A stretch of DNA of 49,839 nucleotides, from assembly GCA_038213805.1 (NCBI GenBank), contig JBBQSO010000035.1, positions 1 to 49,839 of the forward strand, written 5' to 3'. The notes beneath the pieces are model-generated. The model saw only the letters and a program-made list of their open reading frames with translations. It ran no database searches and was not told the origin of the DNA. Of the stretch, positions 9,401 through 18,929 are shown one piece after another (position 1 is the first letter of the stretch; each line of letters starts with the position of its first letter). Position numbers and translations under genes: made by a program. The stretch is from Planctomycetota bacterium (lineage in GTDB: Bacteria; Planctomycetota; UBA11346).

Positions 9401-12400
9401 GCACCGGCGACCAGTCCGCTCCCGGCGATGAGCAGGACGCCAGCGGGCGCCGCAGGGGTGCGCAGAAAGATGCTGCCGGCTCCGCCTGAACCGAGCGCAT
9501 ATGCCGCGCCCATGCTGCCGCCCGCCGCGCTGATCCGGGTCGCGTCGATCGTGCCCGTGGTGACCGAGACGGCGATGCGCCCGCCACCTCCGCTCGAGTA
9601 GTACACCGATCCCCCCTTCGCGGAGATCGTTCCGGACCCCCCCAGTGTACCGAGGGTGAGTGCGATGCTGCCACCCGCGCTTCCCGCATAACGATCGGAA
9701 CCCTGGCCATCGGCCAGTATGCGGCCGTTGAGGGTCAAGGTGCCAGCGCTGACTCGGACAACCCCTCCTCCGCTGAAGCCGAAGCCGACCGATCCACCGC
9801 CACCGCTGGTGCTCGGATCCTGGAAGTCTCCGTAGACCTCGGCCAGGTTGCCGTTGGGATCGTTGTTGTAGCCATAGCCTCCGTGGCTCCCCGCGTTGTA
9901 GATGGTCGCCGCACCGTTGGTGGTGGGTCCCGAGGGACTCCTGGTGTATCCGGGCAGGTACCCCTTGCCGCTGGCGTCGATCTTGCCGTTCGCGTCGACG
10001 AAGACCTGAGACGCCACGGTCATCTGAACCGCCCCGGTCGCCGTGGCGGTGGGAGGGACGGGGACGATCGCGCCGGTCCCCAGGATGCGCACGCCGAAGT
10101 ACGCGTGCGCGCCGTCCATGGTCACCGTGGTGCTGTCGACGATCAGGATGCCGCCATCTTCCGGCGCGTCGGCCGGAGTGATCGCGAGGGGCGTGGTGAT
10201 GACCTGGATCGGGTACTCCCGCACCACCTTGTGCTTGCCGTCGCTGACGGTCAGCGCGAGGACCTTGCCGGCGTACGTGCGCAGGTCCGCGGTCAAGGTG
10301 GCGGTGGTCGACAGCACGCCGACGTAGTAGATCTCCCACTTGTAGGTGAGGGTGTCGCCATCCGGGTCGGTGCTGGCGCTGGCGTCGAAGGTGGCGGTGG
10401 TCGTGGCGGTGGTGATCGGGGCGAGGGTCACGCGCACGTCGGGGGCGCGGTTCTCGTAATCGATGACCGTGACCACGCCGCCCGATCCGGCGGCCACCCA
10501 GTAGGACGGATCGGTATGCACCGTGACCGCGGTGACGGTGTCGCCCTTCCACACCGCGTCGCCGACCGCGACCAGCGGCAGGACCAGGGCCGCTGTTCCG
10601 GCGGGGAGGACGACGGTGGCGGGCATGGCGACCAGGTTGACGCCCGCCTGGGCGGTGCCGCTGTAGCCGAGGTGGACGGTCAGCGCCGCGGCGGTCGAGC
10701 CGGTGCGGCGCAGGGTGAGCAGGGCCGGATCGCCACCTTCGCGAGCGGTGCCGCGAGTGACCGCCAACGCCACGCCGGTGGCCGCGTCGACGATCACGAC
10801 CTGCGCGGACGAGGGCGCGGACACCGCGTAAACTGTTCCCGACAGGACGGTGGCGATCACCGTCTCGTCGCCCTCGACCAGGCTGTCGGCGAGTGGTGCG
10901 ACGGGGACGGGCACGCTGGTGACGTTGGCGGCGAAGGCGACGATGGTGGGCAGCGCGGCGTAATCGCTTCCGCTGGTGGCGGTGCCGCTGATGGCCAGGT
11001 TGACGGTGATCGCCGCGTTCGGGTTGCCCAGCCGGGTGAGCGTGAAGACCCCCGCGTGCAGGCCCTGTTCGAGCGCCTGCGGGTCGCTGGCGGCGATCGC
11101 GATGGCGGCCGGTTCGTCGTCGAGGATCGCGACGGTCGCCGTGGTCGCGGCGCCCAGGGTGTACCCGGACCCGGCCACCAGGCCCAGGACCACCGTCTCG
11201 GCGGGCTCGAGGACGGCATCGTTGAGCGGCGACACGGTCACCACCGCGCTCGCGGCGCCGGCGGGGATGGTCACGGAGGTCGGCGGGGCCGCGTAGTCGG
11301 CCCCAGGCACCGCCGTTCCGGAGACCACCAGCGGGATGGTGATGGCGGTGCGGAGGTCGCCCAGGCGCGAGACCGTGAAGGTGCCGGTGCCGAAGCCGGC
11401 GCCGGGCTCCGACGCCTGGGCGTCGGTGGCGGCGATGGTCACCAGCGGCAGGTCGTTGTCGTTGATGGTCACGGTCGCCGACGGCGTGGCGCCGAGGGTG
11501 TAGTCGCCCTGCGCCAGGGCGGTGAGGACGACCGTCTCGGGACCTTCGACGAGCGCGTCGTCGACCGGGGTGATGGCCACGGTGGCGGTGGCGGCGTTGG
11601 CCGGGATGGTGACCGACCCGGTGGGGGCCAGGTAGTCGGCGCCGGGGGTGGCGGTGCCACCCACCGCATAGGCCACGGTGAGCGGGGTCGCGGCCGCGGG
11701 GCTGCGCGTGAAGGTGACGGTGCCGCTCGCGCCGCCCTCCAGGGCGGTCGGCGCGGTGGCGGTGGCGGAGAGGGTCGGCAGGGTCGCCGAGGCGTCCAGC
11801 AGCTGTACGGTGGCTTGGCTCTGGCCGATGATCGCGTAGCCGGGCTGCGCGGTGAGCGTGACCACCACCGTCTCGATCGGCTCGGCCGCGGCATCGGTCT
11901 TCGGCACCACCGCGATGGTCGCGCTCGCCGCGTTGGCCGGGATGGTGATCGACCCGGACAGCGCCGTGTAGTCGGTGCCGGCGGTCGCCGTCCCCGTGAC
12001 CGCGTACAGGACGATGAGGGCGGCGGTGAGGTTGGTCGAGGTGCGCACCACCGTGATGGAGCCGATGTCCGCAGTGCCTTCGCGCGCCGCGTCGTTGGCC
12101 ACGGCGAGCGAGACCGCCTGCTCGTCGTCGGCGATGGTGACCGTCGCAGTGCTGGAGGCGCCGAGCGTGTAGCCCGCACCGGCGGCGACCTGCACCACCA
12201 CCGTCTCCGGCCCCTCGGGGAGGGCGTCGTCGAGCGGCGTGACCGCCACCGTGGCCGATGCGGCGCCCGCGGCGATGATCGCGGTCGCGGGCAGCGCCAG
12301 GTAGTCCGTGCCCGGGGTCGCCGTGCCGCCGACCGTCAACGCAACCGTCAGCGCGGCGGCGAGGGAACCAGTGCGGGAGACCTTCACCTGACCCGCGTGC

Positions 12401-13176
12401 AGCGGACCGGCTTCGCGGGCGTTGGCGTCGCTCGCGACGATCGTGACCACCTGCGCATCGTCGTCCTTGATGGTGATCGTGCCGCTGATGGTGCTGCCGA
12501 GGGCGTAGCCCGCGCCGGCGAGCAGGGTGGGGACCACGGTCTCGGACGGCTCCGACTCCTGGTCGTCCAGGGCGGTCACGACCACGCTCGCCGAAGCGGC
12601 GCCCGGAGCGAGGTAGACCAGCGGCTCCGGCGCCTGGTAGTCGCGGCCCGGGGTCGCGGTGCCCGTGAAGGCCACGCCGACGTACAGGGCCCCGGCGAGG
12701 TCGCCGGTGCGCGTGACGGTGAACCGGCCGGTGTCGGTGCCCGGCTCGCTGGCCGTGCCGTCGGCGATGGCCAGCGTCACCACCGGCAGGTCGTCGTCGA
12801 GCAGGGTGATGGTCGCCGCCGCTGGCGTCCCGACGGTGTAGGCGGCATCGGGCTGGACGGTCAGCACCACCGTCTCGCCCGGCTCGGCCACCGCGTCGTC
12901 GATGGGCAGCAGGTCGACGGTGACGCTGGTGGCGTTGGCCGGGATCGTCACCGTCGCGGGCAGCGCGACCGCGTCGACACCCGGCGACCAGGTGCCGCTG
13001 GCGGCGAGCTTGACGACCAGAGCCGCGCTGGTGGCGGCGGCGCGGGCCACGCTGTAGTGACCCGTCACCGCCCCCGACTCGGGGATGCTTGGGGTGGTCG
13101 TGGTGACAGAGACGGTTTCCACGCCGTGCGCGCTGGGTGCGCATGCCAGGAGCACGAAGGCGAGCATGCGCATCAT
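6499..13176 (-). CDS. Giant secreted surface protein/adhesin: 8 Calx-beta-like domains, PKD/Ig domain, 4 Gly-rich ~270-aa repeats, C-terminal DxDGDG Ca-binding repeats (~2225 aa)
   Basis: Likely start MMRMLAFVLLACAPSAHG (GAGGTG RBS, signal peptide). Repeated 'A-E...F-V-R...V-GTATPG-DY...DD-E-ETVV-T...Y--G...ATVTI-DDD' units, TFDASASTDPDGDTLTYKW (PKD-like), and DTNDDGIPD/DADGDGVSN/DSDGDGVPDG repeats. Alternative start at 13266. Confidence 0.88.
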   Translation of the reverse strand: MMRMLAFVLLACAPSAHGVETVSVTTTTPSIPESGAVTGHYSVARAAATSAALVVKLAASGTWSPGVDAVALPATVTIPANATSVTVDLLPIDDAVAEPGETVVLTVQPDAAYTVGTPAAATITLLDDDLPVVTLAIADGTASEPGTDTGRFTVTRTGDLAGALYVGVAFTGTATPGRDYQAPEPLVYLAPGAASASVVVTALDDQESEPSETVVPTLLAGAGYALGSTISGTITIKDDDAQVVTIVASDANAREAGPLHAGQVKVSRTGSLAAALTVALTVGGTATPGTDYLALPATAIIAAGAASATVAVTPLDDALPEGPETVVVQVAAGAGYTLGASSTATVTIADDEQAVSLAVANDAAREGTADIGSITVVRTSTNLTAALIVLYAVTGTATAGTDYTALSGSITIPANAASATIAVVPKTDAAAEPIETVVVTLTAQPGYAIIGQSQATVQLLDASATLPTLSATATAPTALEGGASGTVTFTRSPAAATPLTVAYAVGGTATPGADYLAPTGSVTIPANAATATVAITPVDDALVEGPETVVLTALAQGDYTLGATPSATVTINDNDLPLVTIAATDAQASEPGAGFGTGTFTVSRLGDLRTAITIPLVVSGTAVPGADYAAPPTSVTIPAGAASAVVTVSPLNDAVLEPAETVVLGLVAGSGYTLGAATTATVAILDDEPAAIAIAASDPQALEQGLHAGVFTLTRLGNPNAAITVNLAISGTATSGSDYAALPTIVAFAANVTSVPVPVAPLADSLVEGDETVIATVLSGTVYAVSAPSSAQVVIVDAATGVALAVTRGTAREGGDPALLTLRRTGSTAAALTVHLGYSGTAQAGVNLVAMPATVVLPAGTAALVLPLVAVGDAVWKGDTVTAVTVHTDPSYWVAAGSGGVVTVIDYENRAPDVRVTLAPITTATTTATFDASASTDPDGDTLTYKWEIYYVGVLSTTATLTADLRTYAGKVLALTVSDGKHKVVREYPIQVITTPLAITPADAPEDGGILIVDSTTVTMDGAHAYFGVRILGTGAIVPVPPTATATGAVQMTVASQVFVDANGKIDASGKGYLPGYTRSPSGPTTNGAATIYNAGSHGGYGYNNDPNGNLAEVYGDFQDPSTSGGGGSVGFGFSGGGVVRVSAGTLTLNGRILADGQGSDRYAGSAGGSIALTLGTLGGSGTISAKGGSVYYSSGGGGRIAVSVTTGTIDATRISAAGGSMGAAYALGSGGAGSIFLRTPAAPAGVLLIAGSGLVAGAKSTPIWFGERGVAADDPTPWSGQLSVTTSARASFANLTAASVSLTTGGAIRPVPATISDGTRLQLTVTGELAIDASSAIDATGCGLPAGYTWGPLGPTTTGGSLGSSGASHGGYGVPYTTEVQSEVYDSFLDPAFCGAGGGASFHCDGGGLLRVVCGTLNLSGQIVADGQGGALSGGGAGGGISLVAGAIIGTGTISAKGGTCNKSCGGGGRIAFTYSGGSPSTLKVTAAGGCLAGSPTYTGGAGTIYLKKTSDAGGQLIVSNDLQVPAAPPTPLWFGDRATLADDPAAWSGSLLVKDSAAAATDAFSAISLTLATGGVLRPYLCTATTATRLKLVIAGTVAIDNTSRIDATGCGLRAGCTWSVGGPTTIGASTNHSAGTHAGFGCQYSSGVVNEAYGSFLDPDTNGSGGAVENAQAGGGVVRITAGTLNLAGGILADGQGTGYDGGAAGGSIAISVSTFANSGTISAKGGSCMHFSGGGGRIALNYTSGTVDITRISAAGGMIAGSPSGVGGAGTIYLKKSSDAGGQLIVANATLAPMAAPTPLWFGDRATLADDPAAWPGNLTVRDFAAASTDVFSATSITISNNSALFQSPCTPTVATALRLTVVGAVSIDATSRIDATGCGLRPGYTWSAAGPTTLGASVRYNAAGHGGYGAQYVPDVYNEVYGAFDDPQMNGSGGAADYLMAGGGLVRISASSLVLAGTIVADGQGGGRYGGGAGGGVNLSVTTFSGAGTISARGGSCSDLSGGGGRIALTYASGTVDVAKFSAAGGSIAGSAVGVGGAGTIYVQKNGTVFGTLLLDNAGQPASSATPIWYGDRSAAAGTQPKCPKDFSLIVRNGALFVVQGDATSFDADGDNLAGWEEYAMGTNPHKVDTNDDGIPDDGYAGTGLDPVNPDADGDGVSNLVERQRGTSVFNADSDGDGVPDGVDVLPLDPRVSSWPAPSPTDTTPPTITITSPSFLVQTP
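6950..10000 (-). repeat. Four intragenic ~810-bp (270-aa) glycine-rich repeats
   Basis: The TP(L/I)W(F/Y)G anchor recurs near 6954, 7761, 8571 and 9381. Each unit has IDA(S/T)G(K/C)G..HGG/HAG..YG-F-DP..GSGG..GGGGRIA..GGAG(T/S)I(Y/F). Boundaries are approximate. Confidence 0.85.
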
Positions 13177-13609
13177 GCCGCACCTCGACCCCGCACACGC
13201 GGCATGGACGGGCCCGCGCTGATCGCGGAAGCCCGGACGATCAGCCACACCTGCGCATAGTTTCATTGGAGGTTCTTTCTGCCGTTCGCTCGCGGGAAGG
13301 CGGATCCCGCGGCAACATATAGGATCATTGTGGATGGCAAGTAGCTTTCTCGGTCGTGTCTTATGTGGATCCCGGAGGCAGTCCTGCCAGGTTGACGCGG
13401 CGCGCGAATCTCTCTTCGCCGCGCCCACGGCGCGCTCCCGCTCCACCCCGTCAGCTGCGGGTGCGCCGGTGCACGGCACCTTTCCACCCACGATGCGGAC
13501 GGCTGCGCACCCCGGGGCGGGAGTGCGGCGGGACTCCTCCCGACCACGGTGCACCGCCCCCCTTCTTGACCGCGCCCGGCGCCGCTGAAGGTGCCGGGCC
13601 GAGGTAGCC

Positions 13610-14959
13610 ATGGCCGGAGATGCCGCGATCGAGAGCCTGCGCGCCGCGCTGGCGCTGTCCCCCGACAACCTGCCGCTGCACCGCCTGCTTGCGGACAGCC
13701 TGCTCGGCCAGGGGCGGGCGGAGGAGGCCGAGCAGGAGTACCGCCGCGCGCTGGCGCGCTGGGCCGACAACCAGGACTTGAAGGTCGGCCTGGCCACCGC
13801 CTTCGAGCAGCAGGGCAAGGCCAGCCACGCCCAGGTGGTGCTTGAGGAGCTGTGCGGGCGGCCCGACGCGCAGGCCAAGGGCCTGGTGCTGCTGGCGCGG
13901 CTGCTGGCGCGCGGCGGCGAGGCGGAGGCCGAGCGCGCGGCGCGCACCTACCGCCGCGCCGTGGCGGCCGACCCCGCGGTCGCCGACGACACCCTGGCGG
14001 GGCAGTTGGGCGTGCGCGCGGCGCCGGCCCGCGGTCCGGACGACGACGGCCGCGAGCGCCTGCGCCACGTCGAGGGCGGGGACGGCGCCCACGTCGAGGT
14101 CGAGCGCCCGCGCATCGCCTTCGCCGAGGTCGGCGGTATGGAATCGGTCAAAGAGGAGATCCGCCTCAAGATCATCCACCCGCTCAAGCACCCCGAACTC
14201 TACAAGGCCTATGGCAAGAGCACCGGCGGTGGCATTTTGATGTATGGGCCGCCTGGCTGCGGGAAGACCCACCTGGCGCGCGCGACCGCCGGCGAGATCA
14301 AGGCCGGTTTCATGGCCGTGGGCATCGACGAGGTGCTGGACATGTACATCGGGCAGAGCGAGCGCAACCTGCACGAGCTCTTCGAGCAGGCGCGACGCAA
14401 CCAGCCATGCGTGCTGTTCTTCGACGAGGTCGACGCGCTCGCCGCCAGCCGTACCGATCTCAAGCAGAGCGCCGGCCGCCAGGTCATCAACCAGTTCCTT
14501 GCCGAGCTCGACGGCGTGCAGTCCTCCAACGATGGGGTGCTGGTGCTGGCGGCGACCAATGCGCCCTGGCACCTTGACGCCGCCTTCCGCCGGCCGGGGC
14601 GCTTTGATCGCATCCTGTTCGTGCCGCCACCGGACGAGACCGGGCGGGCCGAGATCCTACGCGTGCTGTTGCGCGGCAAGCCGGTGGATGCGCCCGACCT
14701 TGCCGCAATCTCGAAGCGTACAGCGGAATTCTCGGGGGCCGATCTCAAGGCGCTGCTCGACCTCGCCATTGAGGACAAGCTGACCCAGGCGATGCGCGAC
14801 GGTGTGCCGCGACCGCTCACCACCAAGGACCTGATCGCGGCGGCCGGACGGCTCAAGCCGAGCACGCGCGAATGGTTCTCGTCAGCGCGCAACTACGCGC
14901 TCTATGCGAACCAGGGCGGCGCCTACGACGACGTCCTGAAGTATCTGGGCCGCAAGTGA
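13610..14959 (+). CDS. AAA+ ATPase with N-terminal TPR region
   Basis: Walker A GPPGCGKT, Walker B LFFDEVD, SRH AATNAPWHLDAAFRRPGRFD, TPR-like N-terminus, GAGGT RBS. Confidence 0.92.
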   Translation: MAGDAAIESLRAALALSPDNLPLHRLLADSLLGQGRAEEAEQEYRRALARWADNQDLKVGLATAFEQQGKASHAQVVLEELCGRPDAQAKGLVLLARLLARGGEAEAERAARTYRRAVAADPAVADDTLAGQLGVRAAPARGPDDDGRERLRHVEGGDGAHVEVERPRIAFAEVGGMESVKEEIRLKIIHPLKHPELYKAYGKSTGGGILMYGPPGCGKTHLARATAGEIKAGFMAVGIDEVLDMYIGQSERNLHELFEQARRNQPCVLFFDEVDALAASRTDLKQSAGRQVINQFLAELDGVQSSNDGVLVLAATNAPWHLDAAFRRPGRFDRILFVPPPDETGRAEILRVLLRGKPVDAPDLAAISKRTAEFSGADLKALLDLAIEDKLTQAMRDGVPRPLTTKDLIAAAGRLKPSTREWFSSARNYALYANQGGAYDDVLKYLGRK

Positions 14960-16251
14960 GCGGCAGTGCCCAGCGCGCCCGGCTGCTGCTTGGTCAGCAG
15001 CGCTACGACCTCGCCGAACAAGAATGGCGCAAGGTCCTGGGCGAGGATCCGGACGACGCCGAGGCGCACGCCGGGTTGGCGCTGTGCCTGTGCGAGCGCG
15101 AACGCTTCGACGAGGCGGAGGCCGAGTCCCGCTTGGCACTGGCGGCTGCGCCGCGCGCGGACTTCGTCCACTACGTCAGTGCCCACGTGCTGCGCGCGCG
15201 CAAGCGCTTCGCCGAGGCGCACGCGGCCATCGCAGAAGCCATCGCGCTCGACCCGCACGACGCCGACTATCGCGCTTTCCTCGCTGGGCTGCATGCGCAG
15301 CGCGCGGAGTGGTCTGAATGCCTGGTTGCCGCCGACGCCGGATTGGCACTCGATCCCGAAAGTGACGGCTGCGCCAACTGGCGCGCCCTCGCTCTCACCC
15401 ATCTCGATCGCCGCGACGAGGCCGGCGAGGCCATCGCTGGCGCGCTGGCGCGTTCACCCGAAAATTCCCTGACCCACGCCAACCAGGGCTGGGCGCTGCT
15501 GCACCGTAGCCAGCCGAAGGAGGCGCTGGGCCACTTCCGCGAGGCGCTGCGGCTGGATCCAAGCAACGACTGGGCGCGCGAGGGCCTGCTGACTGCGCTC
15601 AAGGCGCACAACCCGCTCTACCGCCAGGTCCTCGCCTTCCTGCTGTTCATGAGCCGTCAGGGTGCGCTCGCGCGCTGGGGCATCGCCATCGGCCTGGTAT
15701 TCGGCCAGCAGCTGCTCGACGGCTTGGCCAGGGCGAACCCCTCGCTGGCGTTGGTGCTCTACCCGTTGTTCTACCTCCTGCTCGCCTGCATCTTCCTGAC
15801 GTGGCTCGCCAACCCGTTGATGAACCTGGCAATGCGCGCGCACCCCGACGGCCGCCATGCCTTGACCGCGGACCAGCGTGGACAATCGACCCTGATCGCG
15901 CTGTGTCTCTGCGTTGCTGCGCTCAGCCTGATCTTCGAAGTCCTGCACGGGATCCCCCATCGCCCCAGCATGATGCTGATGTTCCTGACCATTCCGATCA
16001 TCGCGGTGCACAATGGCGAGCGCGGCTGGCCACGCCTGGTCGCTGGCGGCGTGGCCACGGCCTTTGCCGTCATGGCCGCGATCGTTGCGACCACCTACCA
16101 TATCGGGGACTGGCTGCAGGAGCACCATCAGCGTGCAACCGTGGCGGTGCTGCTGGCCATGTCCGTGCGCATCATCGGCTTTTACTTCATCGGCATCCTG
16201 GCGTGGTCGTTCCTTGGGCCGATGCTGAACCGCGTCGAGCCGACGCGCTAG
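14956..16251 (+). CDS. TPR-repeat protein with C-terminal multi-pass membrane domain
   Basis: GTG start overlaps the AAA stop (GTGA). TPR motifs (AIALDPHDA, ALRLDPSN) are followed by about 6 hydrophobic segments. Confidence 0.88.
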   Translation: MSGSAQRARLLLGQQRYDLAEQEWRKVLGEDPDDAEAHAGLALCLCERERFDEAEAESRLALAAAPRADFVHYVSAHVLRARKRFAEAHAAIAEAIALDPHDADYRAFLAGLHAQRAEWSECLVAADAGLALDPESDGCANWRALALTHLDRRDEAGEAIAGALARSPENSLTHANQGWALLHRSQPKEALGHFREALRLDPSNDWAREGLLTALKAHNPLYRQVLAFLLFMSRQGALARWGIAIGLVFGQQLLDGLARANPSLALVLYPLFYLLLACIFLTWLANPLMNLAMRAHPDGRHALTADQRGQSTLIALCLCVAALSLIFEVLHGIPHRPSMMLMFLTIPIIAVHNGERGWPRLVAGGVATAFAVMAAIVATTYHIGDWLQEHHQRATVAVLLAMSVRIIGFYFIGILAWSFLGPMLNRVEPTR

Positions 16252-16367
16252 CGGTTCGCGAGCACGCGGCGGAAATATGAGCGATCGTATGGAAGAATTC
16301 ACGGAAATAGCAGTGCGGCACGACTGACGGCCTGGTCACTGGAGGCTTTGTCCGGGCAGGCACCTCA

Positions 16368-18929
16368 TCATCCCGGTCCCAACCGCTTCTCGAGCGCCTC
16401 AAGCCGCACGTCCTGCGCCTTGTGCTGCTTCTCCAGCTCGTCGACGCGCTTCGCCAGCTCGGCGGTGGCGGTGATCACCGCGCGCGCCTTGGCGAGCTGA
16501 TCGAGGACCTCGCGCAGCACGCGGCGCACGTTGCCGAAGACCTCGCGGCCGTCCTGGGTGGCGACCGCGCCGGCGGCGGCGGGGTCGGCGAGCGCGCCGA
16601 GGGCGCGCGCGGCGGCGACGCGCAGGTGCAGGGACGGTGCGTGGAGGCAGGGCTCGAGGGCGCGCCGCACGCGGTCGCGCGCGGGCAGCAGGCGGGCGCC
16701 GAGCTGGCCGGCGGCGGCGGCGGCGGCGCAGCGCACGGCGTCGACCTGGGCAGGGTCGGCGAGCAGCGCGAGGGCCTCGTCGAGCGCCGCCGGTTCACCG
16801 CTATCGCCGAGGCCGCGCAGCACGGCGGCGCGCAGGCGGTCGTTCCAGCTTGGCTGGGCGAGGCGCGCGCGCAGCAGTGACGTCGCGCCGGGGTGCTCGA
16901 GTGCGCCGCGCGTGGCGAGCAGCTCGCCGGCGGTGAGGCGGCTGGGCTCGGCATCTGCGAGCGCAACCACGCGCTCGGCCAGGGCGCCGACCGCGACGGT
17001 GCCGCGGAACTGCGCGAGGGCCCTGGCCAGGGCGCGGCGCAGGCGCGGTTCTGGCGTCGCCGACCACGCTGTGAGCAGTGCCTCCTGGGCGGTGGGCGAG
17101 CGCAGGCGGCCGAGGGCAGCGATGGCTTCGATGCGCACGAGTTCCGGCGCACCGGGGATGGCCAAAACGGCCAGGCCGACGACCAGAGTGCCGCCCGGAA
17201 CGGTGGCACCGACCGCGACCAGGGCGCGGGCGCGCGCCTGGGCGCCAAGCGCGGCATCGCCGGCGCGCGCGAGGATCTGCGCGCTGTCGCCCGCCTCATC
17301 CCACTCGCCGGGGATGGTGCCGTCGGGGTCGAGCGCGACCCAGCGCGGTGCGGTCGCCAGTGCCACGACCAGGGTCTGCTTGGCCTTGGCAAGATCGACG
17401 GCGATGCGCGCCGCGCCGCCGTCGGCCGCACCCCAGGCGAGCGCGGTGGGCAGGCGGAAGACCTGGTCGGGGCCGGTGGCCTGGGTCTGCTCGACCTCGA
17501 CGATCAGCTGGCCGCGGGCCGGGTCGTGGCGCCAGCGGATCTTCAGGCAGGGATGGCCGGCGCGCTGCACCCACTGATCGAAGAACCAGTCGAGCGGCTC
17601 GCCGGTGGCATCCTCGAGGGCCTGACGCCAGTCGGCGGTCTCGACCAGGTCGTGGGCGTGGCGGCGGGTGTAGAGCGCGAGCGCGGCGCGGAAGCGCTCC
17701 TCGCCCAGGTAGCAGCAGAGGTGGTGCAGGACCAGGCTGCCCTTCTCGTAGGCGACGCGATCGAAGAGCTCGTAAGCGTCGACGTAGCGGTTGGTCACCA
17801 GAGCGCGGCGATAACGGCCGGAGTCCTCCTCGAGGTAGGCGGCGCGGTTGCCCCACAGCTCGAGGGCGAGGTGGTCGGCGGCGTCGAAGCCGGCGCTGTG
17901 CGCCTTCCACGCCGCGGTGCCGCGCGCCTCAAGGTAGGTGGCGAAGCTCTCGTTCAGCCAGATGTCGGCCCAGCCCTTCATGGTCAGCAGATCGCCGAAC
18001 CATTGATGGACCAGCTCATGCACCACCAGGCTGTCGGCGTCGACGTCCTCGCGCGCCTGCACCGCAGCGTCCATCAGCACGCGGTCGGTGATGGTGGTCA
18101 GGGTGGTGTTCTCCATGCCGCCCCACATGAAGCCGTGCACCACCACGTGGCCATAGCGCGACCAGGCGAACGGCACGCCGATGTAGTCGCCGAGCCAGCG
18201 GATGGCGAAGGCGGTGGCGCGGAACATCGCGCTCGCGCCGTCCTCCTTCCCGCGCGGCAGCCAATGCGCGATCGGCACCGAGCCCGAGCCATCGGCGACC
18301 GCAACAAGGTCGCCAACCACGACGTTGACCAGGTACAGCACGTGCGCCTTGGCCTGGTTGTAGGTGGTGGTCGCCCAACCGTCGCCGTGGTCGGTGATCC
18401 CGGCCGGCTCACCGTTGGCAACCGCGGCCATGCCACTGCGGTGGCGGATTGAAAAATGGTAGGTTGAGAGGTTGTTGGGACTGTCAAAGCACGGGAACCA
18501 ATGCGAGTGGTCCTCCATCGCGCCCTGCGTCCAGCACATCGCGACCTGGCCGCGCGCGGGGTCGGCGGGGATGAAGAACATACCCTTGGCCGGGGCGGTG
18601 GCGCGGAAGGCGATGCGGAGCGAGAAAGCCGCCGCGACTTCCGTCGGCACGGCGACAGCCAAGCCTCCGGGCGAGACGCTGAACGGCACCGCGGCGCCAT
18701 CGATCCACGCACCAAGGATCTCGAGCCCGTGCTGGTCGAGCTCGACCAGCCGCTGCCCGTCGCCATGCGGTAACAACGCGACGGCGTGGGTGACGTTGCC
18801 CTCGACGCGGCGGGCGTCGAGATCGATGGCCACTGCGAGATCGACGTGGTCGATGCGGAAGCGGCGCGGGCGCACCCACTGCGGCGGCGTGTCGGGGCTG
18901 CAGAATGGGCGGGCGTCGGCGTCGAGCAT
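16368..18929 (-). CDS. pepN: M1 family aminopeptidase with C-terminal HEAT repeats
   Basis: GGMEN motif, HELVHQWFG...WLNESFA zinc motif, AYEKGSLVLH, HEAT-like repeats and a coiled-coil tail. Confidence 0.92.
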   Translation of the reverse strand: MLDADARPFCSPDTPPQWVRPRRFRIDHVDLAVAIDLDARRVEGNVTHAVALLPHGDGQRLVELDQHGLEILGAWIDGAAVPFSVSPGGLAVAVPTEVAAAFSLRIAFRATAPAKGMFFIPADPARGQVAMCWTQGAMEDHSHWFPCFDSPNNLSTYHFSIRHRSGMAAVANGEPAGITDHGDGWATTTYNQAKAHVLYLVNVVVGDLVAVADGSGSVPIAHWLPRGKEDGASAMFRATAFAIRWLGDYIGVPFAWSRYGHVVVHGFMWGGMENTTLTTITDRVLMDAAVQAREDVDADSLVVHELVHQWFGDLLTMKGWADIWLNESFATYLEARGTAAWKAHSAGFDAADHLALELWGNRAAYLEEDSGRYRRALVTNRYVDAYELFDRVAYEKGSLVLHHLCCYLGEERFRAALALYTRRHAHDLVETADWRQALEDATGEPLDWFFDQWVQRAGHPCLKIRWRHDPARGQLIVEVEQTQATGPDQVFRLPTALAWGAADGGAARIAVDLAKAKQTLVVALATAPRWVALDPDGTIPGEWDEAGDSAQILARAGDAALGAQARARALVAVGATVPGGTLVVGLAVLAIPGAPELVRIEAIAALGRLRSPTAQEALLTAWSATPEPRLRRALARALAQFRGTVAVGALAERVVALADAEPSRLTAGELLATRGALEHPGATSLLRARLAQPSWNDRLRAAVLRGLGDSGEPAALDEALALLADPAQVDAVRCAAAAAAGQLGARLLPARDRVRRALEPCLHAPSLHLRVAAARALGALADPAAAGAVATQDGREVFGNVRRVLREVLDQLAKARAVITATAELAKRVDELEKQHKAQDVRLEALEKRLGPG

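Noticed and set aside
5174..13260. Long antisense and alternate-frame ORFs (e.g. 9883-13260 +, 9374-13198 -, 5174-6745 +, 6670-8271 +)
   Set aside because: Shadows of high-GC codon bias in the real genes; Arg/Gly/His-rich with no motifs.
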